From assembly GCA_000934665.2 (NCBI GenBank), contig KZ538057.1:1-64000 (forward strand): 64,000 nucleotides of DNA, written 5' to 3'. Source of the stretch: Catajapyx aquilonaris (lineage: Eukaryota). The translations under genes and the position numbers were made by a program. This document shows positions 52,201 to 63,958 of this stretch, one piece after another; the stretch's first letter is position 1, and each line of letters begins with the position of its first letter. The notes beneath the pieces were generated by a model, which was not told where the DNA came from, did no database searches, and saw only the letters and a program-made list of their open reading frames with translations.

Positions 52201-54302
52201 AACTTCAGCTACAGGTTTCAATATAAGCAGACCTGTATTGATAACCACAAATGTGCATTGCATTCCACTGTGCAAAAGGTGGGACTCAAATATCCAGAAA
52301 CTTACTCTTGATGCCAGAGGGGTCCAGGTTTGCTGCTACCACCTCTTCAACCTCTTCTTCCTCACTTGCTTCTTCCCCTATGACCCCCTCATCCTTCAGG
52401 ATCCGCTCCAGTTCCTTTCCCCGAACTGCTTCAAGATATCTGAATGCATCAAAAATAAAGAGACCAAAGTAGATGTAAGAATCTTGCAATATTCCAAGTT
52501 GCATTGGCAGCAAGTTATGTCATTAATAATTTTGATCATTCTAGTACCAAATAAGCAAAATGAAAAAACAAAACTTGCATCTCATTCCCTTTCATAAATT
52601 ATTGGAAAAACCACTCCACTGCAACTCCATTTTTTTCATATAGGTTTCCCCCTCAAACCCCCGTGACCTTAGCTTGGCATATCAGTAGTTAGGTGGGGTG
52701 CAGCCAGGCTTTAGTTGCGGCGCTTGGCCCATTCCTTAAGTTACTTTAAAGCCAAGTCGGCACAGAGCGAATCTGGTGGAGGAACATGGTGGACCAAGAA
52801 TCCCAAACCACCACTTCAAATCTAGTAAGCTTGGTCCGTTCTTCCGTTATTTACACTGGGGCCTGTTCACATTCACGTTCTCATGATCCGCTCTGAATAA
52901 TAGTAACCGCAGTGTAGGGGTGTCGCTCCTCAATTTAGTGCATCAGCAATTGGGGGGGACTCTGAAGATCCACTCGATAAGAAGGCAAGTTTCCAGACCT
53001 GTATATATAGGCAAAAACCCTCCTCGACCGTGGGAAAAACTGAAGCACTGCAAGAATAAAGATGTTTTTCTCATTTAACCTTCAGATGGTGACGTGGGCA
53101 CTTTTTGTGACCAACACCACTTTTTTTTGCTATAACATGGAAAATATAGCACAAAACCTCTTTGGTTGATTCCTTCTGCGATAAATGGCATTTAGTTTAA
53201 ATTTTTTGAGGAAATAGCATGATCAGGAAAAAATCAATTATGCACCCATCCGTATTTGGGACCAAATCTGTATTCCAAAAATTTATTATTCACTTCGACT
53301 GCTTTCCAGAGGAGGACCTGAGCTCATTTGTCGTGATTTATGAACAAGTTCTAAATCCCATTAAATGCAGAAGGAATCTACCCAAGATTGTCTCAAGGGT
53401 GAAGCCCAACTGTGCTATATTTTCCATGTTATAACAAAAAACGTGAATTGGTCACAAAAGGTGCCCACATCCCCATGGAGGGTGCACTACAGTATTTGCA
53501 CATCACCATCACAGAGTTAAGAGCGTAATCATGACTTAAACCCTGAACATCCTCGGTCCATTTTCTGCGACAACATTTTTGTGACAACCTCTTGTACCGT
53601 CATTTGAGGTGTCTGGCGCATTACCTCTGTGGAGCTCGTCGCCTTCGCTTTCTCCTTCCATCAGTTCCATCCTCTGGCTCTTCCTCCTCCTCCTCTGCCT
53701 CCTGGCGTTGTGTTTCAGCCACTGCCGCTTCTGCCTCCTTCTCCTTCTCCTCCTCCTTCTTCTTCGGTGGCCTCCCTCTCTTCCTCCTGGGCCTTTCCAG
53801 CCCCTCCACCCTCAGCGACAGCTCGTGGCTCTCCGGGAACAGCGCCCTGTCCACACTAATCTCCGCAAACCCCCCATCCTCCGTCCCAACCAGCATCACA
53901 ATATCCTCGCCCCCTCCCACAAGAACCCCTTCCTCCTCCAGCCTCCTCCGTTCCCTGGCCTCCTTCTTCCTCCTCTCCACCTGCTGCTTCCACAGATCCC
54001 GCAGCCGACTCTGCCCTTCCAGCAGCAAACTGAAGAACTGCACCGTGGCCTGCACCTGTATGTAGCATCCAGGGCATATGGTACGTGGAAGCTTCCCATT
54101 GTCATCAACCTGGATGTGTACAAAGGTTAGATTGACTGTAAATTGATGTTAAGTACGGGCAGTGTACCTTGAGCGGCAGGTACTGATTGATGAGCGTCTG
54201 GAGGCTCTCCTGCTGTGGTTCGGTGCCGTACAGGTATGTACCATTCGAATTTTCTTCTCCACAAAGGCGACAGATATTCGAGTCGCATAGCAAGGTCCCC
54301 AT
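49298..54302 (-). CDS. ZAD (zf-AD) + AT-hook + ~13 C2H2 zinc-finger transcription factor
   Basis: N-terminal CRLC...LPRTICPGC (ZAD), RRKRGRPPKK AT-hook, and fingers with TGEKP linkers in ~51071-51536 and ~49955-50751. About nine exons, some boundaries approximate. An in-frame upstream ATG is at 54332. Confidence 0.9.
52621..53010. repeat. Interspersed repeat copy A (similar to 60583-60905)
   Basis: Shared blocks tttttttcatataggtttc, tagttaggt, agcgaatctggtgg, ttcaaatctagta, tggtccgttct and tttccagacctgtatatata, in the same order and orientation. Confidence 0.75.
53091..53471. mobile_element. MITE with ~60-bp inverted termini
   Basis: GA(C/T)GTGGGCAC(T/C)TTTTGTGACCAA...TATAACATGGAAAATATAGCACA is mirrored at both ends. 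Superfamily unclear. Confidence 0.75.
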
Positions 54303-54408
54303 CTTAGATATTACACGGCGCAACCGATGCATCGTAATATAACGGTTAACAATCGCTGCGACTTAAAATCACTGCTAATGTGTACAAATCCGGACCAGCT
54401 TACAAATA

Positions 54409-54700
54409 ATAATTAATAATAATTGATACCCCATTATCAGCCCTTTGGGCTTTATTAGGGGGGGATTTCTCCCAATTTTTTTGTCTGGAACTCTTTCCAT
54501 TTTTACTATACTTTTTCATCGGAATTGAGGCAAGGATAGGTAAGGAAGGAAGCGGCTGTGGCCTATAATTACGGTAACGACCCCGGAATTATCCTGCGAT
54601 GACCATGGGAAACCACAGAAAACCATGATCAGGGGATTCGAACCCAGGACCTCCCGATTAGCAGTCGGACACCATACCACTCCACCACTACTGCTTCGGT
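54409..54700 (-). mobile_element. Full-length tRNA-derived SINE with 15-bp TSD
   Basis: TSD accagcttacaaata at 54394-54408 and 54701-54715. A-box TGGTGGAGTGG, anticodon-like arm ccga-ctGCTaa-tcgg, B-box GGTTCGAATCC, a body resembling insect Lm1/Talua-type SINEs, and an (ATT)n tail. Confidence 0.9.
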
Positions 54701-55519
54701 ACCAGCTTACAAATAGCGCTTAATGACATCGATTGTGAATATGCGCATATGCTACCGTGTAATATCCAGGAATTATGACCAATCACAGCCAGTGTTTCAT
54801 CCCTGCTCGGACCACTAGTTGTTCCGCAGCCTCCCATTGGTCGCCTGGTTGTGACGCACAAATCGCGCCACTTTTCGGAATAAAATGGATTCCGTTCGGT
54901 CGGGGGTCCGGATGAGGTTTTTTTGAATATTGATAAGACTGGGTTATAAATAGGACCGGCACGATGCAAATTGGATCGCGCTTTTTATTCACGGGAAGAT
55001 GCGGGCGGGGGTTTGATCAACACACCTGAAAGAGCTCGGCGCTTGAAACAATATTTGCACTCATTAATTAGGGCGCTGGTTTTTTCCATAATAGATTGGT
55101 GGGGATAAAGTCCCAATGGCAACAATGAGCCGTATTTTTGGTCCCTTGCATTTGGCAATACTGTAACTGCACTTTTATTTTGGGAAATGAACCTTAACCA
55201 CAAAACTCGTTTCCAGTTGAAAGAATTGCAAAGCTATAAAAACACCGCCTTCTACGCTTCTGCTCAGCTTCCGTGGCAATAAAAATCGTTTACGTCAACA
55301 GGCGCAGCTGACAATGCCTCGTAAATGTAACATAGCCATGCGCCAATTAAATGCAATCAACCACCTAATGACTCACTCTATACCAATTAACTTTATACTC
55401 TGTAACCTGTACATTGGTCAGTATATGTCTGGCCACCTGCTGCCCACCTGTTCCCTCCCACCTCCCCTTTAAAAAATCCTCCCCACAGCAGTCCACCACC
55501 CACAATCACACGCCTCCAA

Positions 55520-55660
55520 GTCACGTGACTCAGTCTGTATAGGGATGCGGCCAAGCGATGGCTTCAGACTAGCTGCTGCCCTCGCAGAGTATACGTCGTG
55601 TCAAAGTACAGGGTGATTGTGATTAACCGGATTCCAGGAATTTGACCAGAGAGTTGGTGA
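55520..55660 (+). promoter_or_regulatory. Probable BOK-like gene promoter and non-coding first exon
   Basis: GTCACGTGAC (55520-55529) overlapping TGACTCA and an Inr-like TCAGT; donor TTG|GTGAGT near 55656. Confidence 0.45.
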
Positions 55661-56394
55661 GTGCATGACCTGTATAGTTGCAAAGTATGTGCGGTATGAA
55701 TCATCACTTAACAACACATGTGGTAACAGGTGCAGCTGTCATATTATAATTAACTATTGCAAACACATATGTTTGGTACTGATTTATTTGCAAAATTTCC
55801 GGTTATTATCACATCCTGTGCCTAATTATGATATCCCACTAATTGTTATTGGAAAAAGTTAGAATTATTGGAGCGTTCATCTTATCATGAGCAAACTTTT
55901 GTTTTGGAGGCCACCCCACAAAAGGAGTCAGGTCCTATGGGGTCATCGCTCTGAGGACCCGCCCATAATCCGGAAGTGGTCACTTCCATCAAGGGACCCT
56001 ACCTTGTCATTCTAGATTCAAGTTTGTGAAAATTACTGTAAGTTTAGAGCCTGGGAATTGAATGCCCTCAAGGTCTGTACGTGTTCGGGGTGTTAATAAG
56101 TTCAGAATTGGATGTTCAAACTTTAGGTTGGTCCTGGATAAACAACTGGTTTTAATCCGGGGCGGTGATGACGAAGGGTGCACGTTAAAGGAGGGTTCAC
56201 ATGGTCGTTGGTTGCTGTTGTTGGGATTCACCAATCAGCGGTTATGCTCCGCCCAAGTGGGCAGGGCTTAGAGACCAAGTCTGGCTGCTGATTGGTGCAC
56301 CCCAACAGCAACGACCAAAAGACAACAACGTCCGTGTGAACCCTGCTGAATTTGTCTCTCGTGAAGGACGCCCTCCCACTGGGGATGCTGAGAG

Positions 56395-59187
56395 ATGTCC
56401 GGCAGCAAAGAAGAGCTGTTCCCTCCTGTGAGCAGCAGACGGGACATCCTGAAGCGTCTGAACTCGGTCGGGTCCCGATCCGCCGCGTACCCAGAACTGA
56501 ACGGTATAAGGCACCGTAAACTCAGCTTTCCTGCTTCTCTCAATGCTGCTCTGATCCACCATGGGGACCTTCAAAAGATGGGCGACCATGATCAAGAGGA
56601 GACCAAGGATGAGCTGCTGGTACCTCCTCGACGACGGTTCAGCACTGTCACCGACGTCACCCGGAAGCTGTCCATCGGATGGAGAGCCGGACAGTATCCG
56701 TCACCTGAAGTTCTGGCTCAACAGGGACGTATCTTATGCGGAAGATACATTTGCTCCAGACTCAGGAGGGTTGGACTGTTCCAGAGGAGGTTGGGGCTCC
56801 AGAGGTTGAGGAGCTTGTCCAAAATGTCAGCCACTTCGGAGGTATCAGAGGTGTTCCAGTACCTGCAAATGGCTGGACAGGAGCTGGAGAGGTTGCATCC
56901 GAAGGTGAGCCATAAACATCGGGCATGTCCAAATATCCAATGTCCCTAGATGTGGATATCCATAGGATGTTCCTCGTGCTACCTGGGCATATATGGGAGG
57001 GAAGCCTATATATTGTAGTCTCCTTTCCTTTCCTTTTTTGTTTGAAAAATTGCAAGTGATTAGCCATGCACGAGACAATAAGGTACAATTTATAACAACG
57101 TTAATTGCATAAGCTTCCAACCCGTACGTTGCCTTGTTGCAGGCCTTGAAATATGACTACAATGATTACAGTAATTACTCATGAGAATAGTGTGCCGCAT
57201 GTAAAATGACTCGCAACACTTGCGGAGACTAAAGGTCAAAAGGTTGGGCTTGAAATGTTTGGACAGATATGAACACCCAGCCTTTCATCTGACCGCCTGG
57301 ATCAACACGACAATCAATATTGACCTTAGTAAATTGAGACCCGTCAACATTATCCGGACCATGCCTGAAGCATCTTTTTTTTTTGCTACAAAAACCAGGT
57401 ATACAACTCCGTGGGCAGGCAGGTCCTAGCCGGATGTGGAGCTGACAAAGTATCGACCAGGACAGCCCTAGTGGCCATCGGCCGGGAGCTGCTGAGGTCA
57501 GAGGTCACCTGGGCTAAGGTGGTCTCACTCTTCGCAGTAGTTGGCGGACTGGCTGTGGACTCTGTGCAGCAGGGACATCCCGAAACCATACCGGATTTGG
57601 TGGAGACATTAGGACTGGTAGTGGAGAGGTCACTGGTGACCTGGCTGTCCCAAAGAGGAGGATGGGTGAGTTGCTCCATGTACTAATAGTGAACCCCCTG
57701 AACGTTATCAGTTGTCGCATAGCTCTGCACACTACTGCCACTCTTAGGGGGCAAGTAGCACGTTGGTGATGAGTTGGTGCACGTTGGTGATGAGTCACAC
57801 CTAATTTAAATTCGATTGCATCTGCCTGCATGTCTGTAGGATTAATCAGCAAAAATGAGTGACCTTCGGGTTCAGGTCCACCAACCCCGCAAAAACTTAC
57901 GTCTCTCTGTTGCATGAGATTCTTTCCCACAAAGGGATGGTCAAGGACATTGGTGTCGTTGCCCTTCGCACTAAAATTCATCAATTCAGACCTCGCTTGA
58001 TGCTGCGGACTCGAAAAGGGGCTGTCGCGGGGTATTAATTTGCATACAAAAATATAAGCTGTGGGCCTCAAAGGAAAGAGGGTGTCTCACAAACGCATCT
58101 TGTTGACCCAGTATCTTTTGAGCGTAACCTTCTCCAGAATTGCATTGGCTTCGTTTGAAGGGTTGCCATGGAAATGAGTTCCCGTTTCCCCCCCGGAACG
58201 AAACCGGGAATTGGGAATGTACGGGATGGGGATGGTTGCAGGAATTTAATCAAGTGACGTCTACAATGATCAGGGTCCCATTCATCTTGATTGCATGGTG
58301 CAATTACGAGAGTGAAGTGGTAATTGCGATGCTGCAATGTTACGTAATGTAAAAAGATGCTGGCAGTTGAACACGTCATTATGGAAGTGGAATAAAAATA
58401 ATTGGCAAGGGTTGCGACCTCAATGAACAAGGTCGTGGGCCATAAACATTGAGAGTCCCGGAAAATAGACATGAGCCAAAATCCTATTGATATCACCTAA
58501 AAAAAACAACAGAACAATCCAAGGTCTTATATGCCTCAAGGTTAAATCGTAGGGCAGGTGACTTAACTTGCCAACTGAAAATGATATCGGTTGGATCGAT
58601 GTCAGCTCCAACTTTTAATCTGGACGGTGCAATATTGGAAAGAGATTTCGGTCTCTGTCTCTTGATAGCATTTCACGGTCCAAGAGCCAGCGGGACGTTT
58701 TCCCCAATTTTCTTTTGAGAGCCGTGATGGCCCTAACTTTTTGAGCCGGCATTTCTGGGAGTGAATGAATGACGACCCGCTCTCCTCATTCCCTAAATCA
58801 ATAGTCATCAAGCACAGAGGGGGAGCTCTTATTGGATCCATTGAGGACACAGCTGCCGTGATCATGGTGTCAGCCCGCATTTCAAATTCATAACCCACTT
58901 CCTGGTGCGGGCAGGCGGCTAGAATAAAAGGAATGTGCACTGCACATTATCAGACGTGAAAAACCGATTGGAGGCGACTAGAGGTTATCGGCGGGGTGGC
59001 ACAAACTGTCCTTGCTGGGTGGGCTGTTGCCATGTTTACAATCTTTCTGATCTCGTTGCAGATGGGTCTGGTGCATCACTACAAGCCTCCAACCAAGGAG
59101 TCGACTCCAGACCACTTATATGCGCTGCTGGCTGCCTTCGTGTTTCTGACGCTGCTACTTGTGTTTCTACTCAGGCTATTCACATAA
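56395..59187 (+). CDS. BOK: Bcl-2 family protein, BOK/Debcl/Buffy-like (300 aa)
   Basis: Exons 56395-56904, 57399-57665, 59062-59187. BH4 (QQGRILCGRYICSRL), BH3 (LQMAGQELE), BH1 (VTWAKVVSLFAVVGGLAVD), BH2 (WLSQRGGW), and a C-terminal TM anchor; AATAAA just after the stop. Confidence 0.93.
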
Positions 59188-59840
59188 CATGCAACAAAAT
59201 AAAAATAAATGCTTTCGCTGCACAAAAGAAAATTTAGGACCCAATCCTTAAAATATCTTTTTATTCCTGTATTTTGTAGTTCTTGAGAGCTGAAGGGGGT
59301 CACAAGAGGGGAAGAACGCTGCCTTTGGTAACAAAAAACAAAGGTTCAAAACAAGAGATTGTGTAGCAAATAAGTAAAAAAATTCATCTCTGTTGTCCTT
59401 TTTTCTGCCTAAAAAACGTAGTATAAATAAATATCTTCATATTATGCACCTTACTATGTACACAAAAGTCTAAATCGTGATTTGTTTTTGAGTTATATGG
59501 AAGCTGACCTCCCTGAAAATTTGCACAATTACAACCCAACACGTACGCAGCATTTCGAGGTGGTCTTGCTTCCCCGTTAACTGAATTACTGCAACATTAA
59601 GGTTTTGGCAACAAAAGAAAGGCAGCAAAGGTTTCAGAGTATAACATGATATACAAGAATTTTTCTGCTTGATTAATTTCTGCTGGTTGAAATGTCAATT
59701 CAGGTGGCTGCCAATAGTGAAGAAGTGGTTCATCTTAAGAGCTGGCCATATTTATTGAATTTATTAGTTTTCCTTGACTGCGCCTTCTTGGGTGGGGGAG
59801 TAATGCATGAGTCTTCGCACCCCACACCTTTGACCCAACG

Positions 59841-62800
59841 TTAAAACTTCTCCTCCTCCAGGCCGTGCTTGAAGAACATCATGTATGGGATGCTGTCTCC
59901 ATTTTCATCACGGTATTCCAGCATGGCTACCATGCCATCGCAGTCAAGGGATTCGCCTGCAACAGAATTGTTACAATTAGTCACTCCTCCAGTATGTGAC
60001 AATCGAGCAATGCTCTTTATCTTGACACTCAATCCGAACACAGATTCTCTGCCAAGCCTCAAAAATCTAATCAGTTTCACAAAGAAAATAGTATTTTGCT
60101 CTCGGAAGCTCTAGGGGTGTTGACGGAGTTTTTTGTTGTTTTGTTTGTGTCATTATCTTGAAGGGATAGAGGCATGGCTTGTGGCATTTTAATTCCTTTA
60201 AGGCCATTTAATTCATATCCGAGTACCAAGTATCATAGGCCCATCATACTGACAACAAATCCTGTGCAGCATGTCATGGCAGCTTGGGATTCTTCCTGAT
60301 ACTACCATTTTACCGTAAGTCAAGGCCCAACAATGCACTTAGGTACTTAAAACATTGATCGATAATGAATACTAAAGTGTCCAATTTCCTGTAACAATTT
60401 CACTTGGTATTATTTTAGGACACAAGACATTCCAGAAAATGTGCAAGTTTCAGAAATGGCCCAACATGTGTGACAGCTGCTATTCAGAGAATTCAGAATT
60501 TTGCATGCATGCTTTCTGCATTTTTTTTTTAAACATACACATACATTTATATCACAAAGTATCCCTGATGATCCAACCCGGTGCAACTCGTTTTTTTCAT
60601 ATAGGTTTCACCCTCTGACCCATGTGATGGCAGAGCGACATATCGTAGTTAGGTAGGGTGCCTTGGCCCCTGTCTTTGGTTACTTTAAGTCATAGTTGGC
60701 ACATAGCGAATCTGGTGGGGGAACACGCCGGAGCAAGACTCCCAAACTGCCAATTCAAATCTAGTAGGCATGGTCCGTTCTCAATTAATAGTAATAATTT
60801 TCATCGCAGTCAGGGTATCCCTCCATGCACTCACTGTAAGAAGCCATCAGGTGGGACTCGAGCAATCCATGTGATAAGGGGGCTAGTTTCCAGACCTGTA
60901 TATATACACACACAACAACTCCTCCGCCATGATCCAACCTATCAGTGTAACCTTGCCAGACTCAACATGTCATCCCAAGGACATAAACCATCTAAATGCA
61001 TGTTGGGAGTAATTTGCCATGAACCCTGTCTATGGGTTAAAATCCTACATCTGTTTCTGTTGGATTACATAAGTGCTTACCATAGGGCTTTGCCAAAATG
61101 GACATACAGGGTGTAAATGAATTCAACCGACAAACTTCTAGGGGTGATAGAGGGGACCAAGACAAACATTTTTGACATAGGAAACCGTGTCCGGAAACGC
61201 CATCTAGAGGGGGTTCATAGACAAGGAACGGGTGCGCTCAGACGCGTCACACGTGAGGCGCTAGGCGAGCGGACTGTTTTGTTGATAGATGGCGCTCGGA
61301 TAGTAACCAACGATGCTATGTGGCATAACGTGGCAACAGCAGAGCCATCTAGCAACTAAAGTCCGCCTCCTAGGAGACGCGCGGATAGTCAACAGCGGTT
61401 CTGTTGTTGCCAGGTTATGGCGTATCGTGTTGTTGTTTACTTACAACGACGCGATACGCCATAACCTGGCAACAACTGCGTGCCATCTATCAACAAAACA
61501 GTCCGCTCGAATTGCGCCTCTCGCGTGACGCGTCTGAGCGCACCCGTTCCTCGTCTATGAACCCCCTCTAGATGGCTTTTCCGGACACGGTTTCCTATGT
61601 CAAAAATGTTTGTCTTGGTCCCCTCTATCACTCCTAGAAGTTTGTCGGTTGAATTCATTTACACCCTGTATAATGAAATCTCCATGTACAAATTACCTCA
61701 CTTGAACAGGCAACGGAGTAAACAGAGGACCCCATCCACAGAACTTACAATTTCAACTTAAGGTAGTAGCACATTCATGGGAGCTCTTCACAAATGTAGA
61801 GGGTGAGGTTACATAAAAATGCCCAATGTTTGATCTTCACACCCGATGGGCAAGTTGGCAGTCAGATCAAAGTGCAACCCTGCCCATCCCACATGACATT
61901 GAATAACATTATGGACAAGATCCAGGGTACAGTAAAAACAATGCCTGAATAACTGACTATTGCTGTGACATTCACTCCTTCAAAAAGATCAAGCCAACCA
62001 ATGAAATCCCTTATGGGGCAAGGGTTTTACTGTAATAATGTTTGTCATCCCTGAAATAGTTAGTGAGGTAGCCCTCTGAACCACAGCCCCTCAATTTTGT
62101 TTTACTGTGCAGTACTCCAACACTTTACCCAGCTCACCTAATGCAAAAATGTCCACTTATTAGTAATATCTCACTTGACAGGGAGACGGGCGCCCACGGA
62201 AGTTAAGGTCCCGGGTTCAATCCCCACCCGGGGTTCCCACCTTCTTTTGTGCAGAGTTGGGCCATCTCTGGCTTCGTTTCGGGTGGCAATTTCCGATAGA
62301 CTAAGCCACCCGGGGGAGTTCACAAAATGACGATTAGAGACATTGCACTTGCACTTTGCACATCCCCTCCCACCCACCCTTGGAGTACACTAATTAAGAT
62401 CTTCTTAAAACTCGCTCCAAAAAATCAAATTCCAATGGTGGTAACCCACCCCCCCTAAGGAGTAGCATAACTCCCCCCGTGGGGTAATGAAAAAAAAAAA
62501 ATGAAAAAAAAAATCTCACTTGACATTCTCATTTGAGTGCATCTCGAAAGTTAACTCCGTGCAATGCAATCGTACATCCAGTGTTCATTATGCATGGCAT
62601 TGTGTGTCCGCATTTTTACCTCATAATGCAAGGTAGGCGTTCGAGGCTTTTACTGTACACATTTCTATTGCATGTTTGAAACCAACAAAACCAAATAAAA
62701 ATATTAATGGTTATGCAGACATGCCTCTGATAGTGACACTTTTCACCTACGCAGCTTTCCAACTGCAACTAATCCTAGACATCCCATACTAACCGGTGAA

Positions 62801-63958
62801 GAACTGCAGGTCCTTAAACCTGCCCAGAAGATCCTTCATGACCTTGTTCATGTTCGACTTGAACTTCTCCACCTCTTCAGGCTTGTCTTCCTGCAGCTTG
62901 TTAACCAGCTTCTTCATGTACTCCTTCAGGTAGGCCGTGTAACCTTTCTTGTCACCAAAGGCAAAGGTCTCCTGGAGTCTGTGGTTGAGGACGATGTCAA
63001 CCCCACTCTCAACAGCCTCATTATTGCCCTCATCAGCTTCTTCTGCAGATGGGTTAGCCCCATCAATCACCACTTCGCCTTGCCTGCGGGTCTCCAGCTG
63101 AAATGTCAGGATCGGATAAGCCAAGCAGTCCACAAAAATGTGTTAGAATGCCTTTTCATCCCGACGCCAAACGGTAAATGGCCTCAGGTTTGAATGCAGA
63201 CAGGTTTATTCTGGCATGTATAGCGTCTGACAAAACAAGTAATAGCTTCTGCCAGTTGTTATGACATGCGAACATGTTCTACAAATTTAAGCAAACTCAC
63301 CTTCCCCTGGACTTCGTACAGGACGTCATCCACAAGCTTCATCTTGTAGGTGTCCGAGAACATCTCGTCACCTGCAAACGCAACCAACATGTTCAATTCC
63401 AATTCCACCTAATTATCCACTAATTTCATGCAATTACGCAGCTGGTAAGACTGTGCGTTTGCCTTTTCCTCCCAAAGCTCCATGAGTGGATGCTCAGGCC
63501 TGAGCACAAACATATTTCTATTGCATGTTGGCATATAGTGGGTCACAGATAATCACCACTAGAGTTTGAACATGCTGTACATGGCCTGGTTAAGCCCCCC
63601 CCCCCNCGGAAGCACATTCATTCCACATAGTGCAATGGATGACTCATACTCGCATGACTCACTAAGGATTTCCCTTCTCAGCTGTACATTACTGAATTTT
63701 TTTTCTAAATTAAAAAAACCCCAATACGTTGCTCCCAACTATTCAGACACGTTCCCTTCATTTGAACCCGTTCAGACTTGATCTGAACCGTGCACAACCC
63801 ATCACTTTTCTTCAATCATGGCCACAAACTCATCCCCAAATTTCAACTCAATATTTCGTCCCCTCCGACCCGTTTTCACCCCGTACAATGTGGTATCGCC
63901 TGAAAGCCCGTATCGAGTAGTCGCACTCACCGGTGAATATGTCCTTGTAGATCCTCAT
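59841..63958 (-). CDS. TCTP: Translationally controlled tumor protein (172 aa)
   Basis: Exons 63931-63958, 63301-63371, 62794-63097, 59841-59956. Motifs MRIYKDIFTGDEMFSD, GANPSAEE, ESGVDIVLNHRLQET, LQFFTGES and FFKHGLEEEKF. Confidence 0.97.
60583..60905. repeat. Interspersed repeat copy B (similar to 52621-53010)
   Basis: Shares the same ordered sequence blocks as copy A. Confidence 0.75.
61107..61668. mobile_element. Young mariner-type foldback MITE (562 bp) in TCTP intron 3
   Basis: TA|CAGGGTGTAAATGAATTCAACCGAC termini with TA on both sides, near-identical ~185-bp inverted arms, and an internal hairpin at 61403-61476. Confidence 0.92.
62180..62390 (+). mobile_element. tRNA-derived SINE fragment
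   Basis: AAGGTCCCGGGTTCAATCCC B-box region similar to that at ~43850. Boundaries approximate. Confidence 0.5.
62598..62725 (-). ncRNA. Candidate box H/ACA snoRNA in TCTP intron 3
   Basis: Hairpin GCATGTCTG...CAAACATGC, H box ATAGAA (62663-62668), a second hairpin, then ACA+3 nt (62601-62603); 128 nt. Confidence 0.5.
63136..63270 (-). ncRNA. Candidate box H/ACA snoRNA in TCTP intron 2
   Basis: Hairpin GCATGT...ACATGC with a pocket 14 nt from H box AGAATA (63207-63212), a second hairpin, then ACA near 63140. G-U pairs favour the minus strand. Confidence 0.6.
63449..63576 (-). ncRNA. Candidate box H/ACA snoRNA in TCTP intron 1
   Basis: Hairpin GCATGTT...AACATGC with a pocket 14 nt from H box ATAGAA (63516-63521), a second hairpin TGTTTG...CAAACG, then ACA+3 nt (63452-63454); 128 nt. 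Confidence 0.65.

Noticed and set aside
53592..54130. Long plus-strand ORFs of 157 and 173 aa
   Set aside because: They are antisense shadows of the low-complexity, purine-rich ZNF exon 2.
54630..54700. tRNA-Ser(GCT)-like sequence
   Set aside because: It is the head of a TSD-flanked SINE and lacks the acceptor stem and long variable arm.
57758..57796. 17-nt direct duplication (gcacgttggtgatgagt) in a BOK intron; similar 14-bp duplication at ~39134-39161
   Set aside because: These are ordinary slippage duplications with no further structure.
60175..60340. Possible fourth H/ACA RNA in TCTP intron 3 (ACAGGA H box after GACATGCTGC)
   Set aside because: The hairpins are longer and poorly paired compared with the three reported candidates.
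61117..61658. Two ORFs with near-identical N-termini (MNSTDKLLGVIEG...) on opposite strands
   Set aside because: They are mirror-image artefacts of the MITE inverted arms, not genes.
61930..62032. TA-CAGTAAAA...TTTTACTG-TA mini element
   Set aside because: The inverted match is only 8 bp; possibly a pogo remnant but too short to call.
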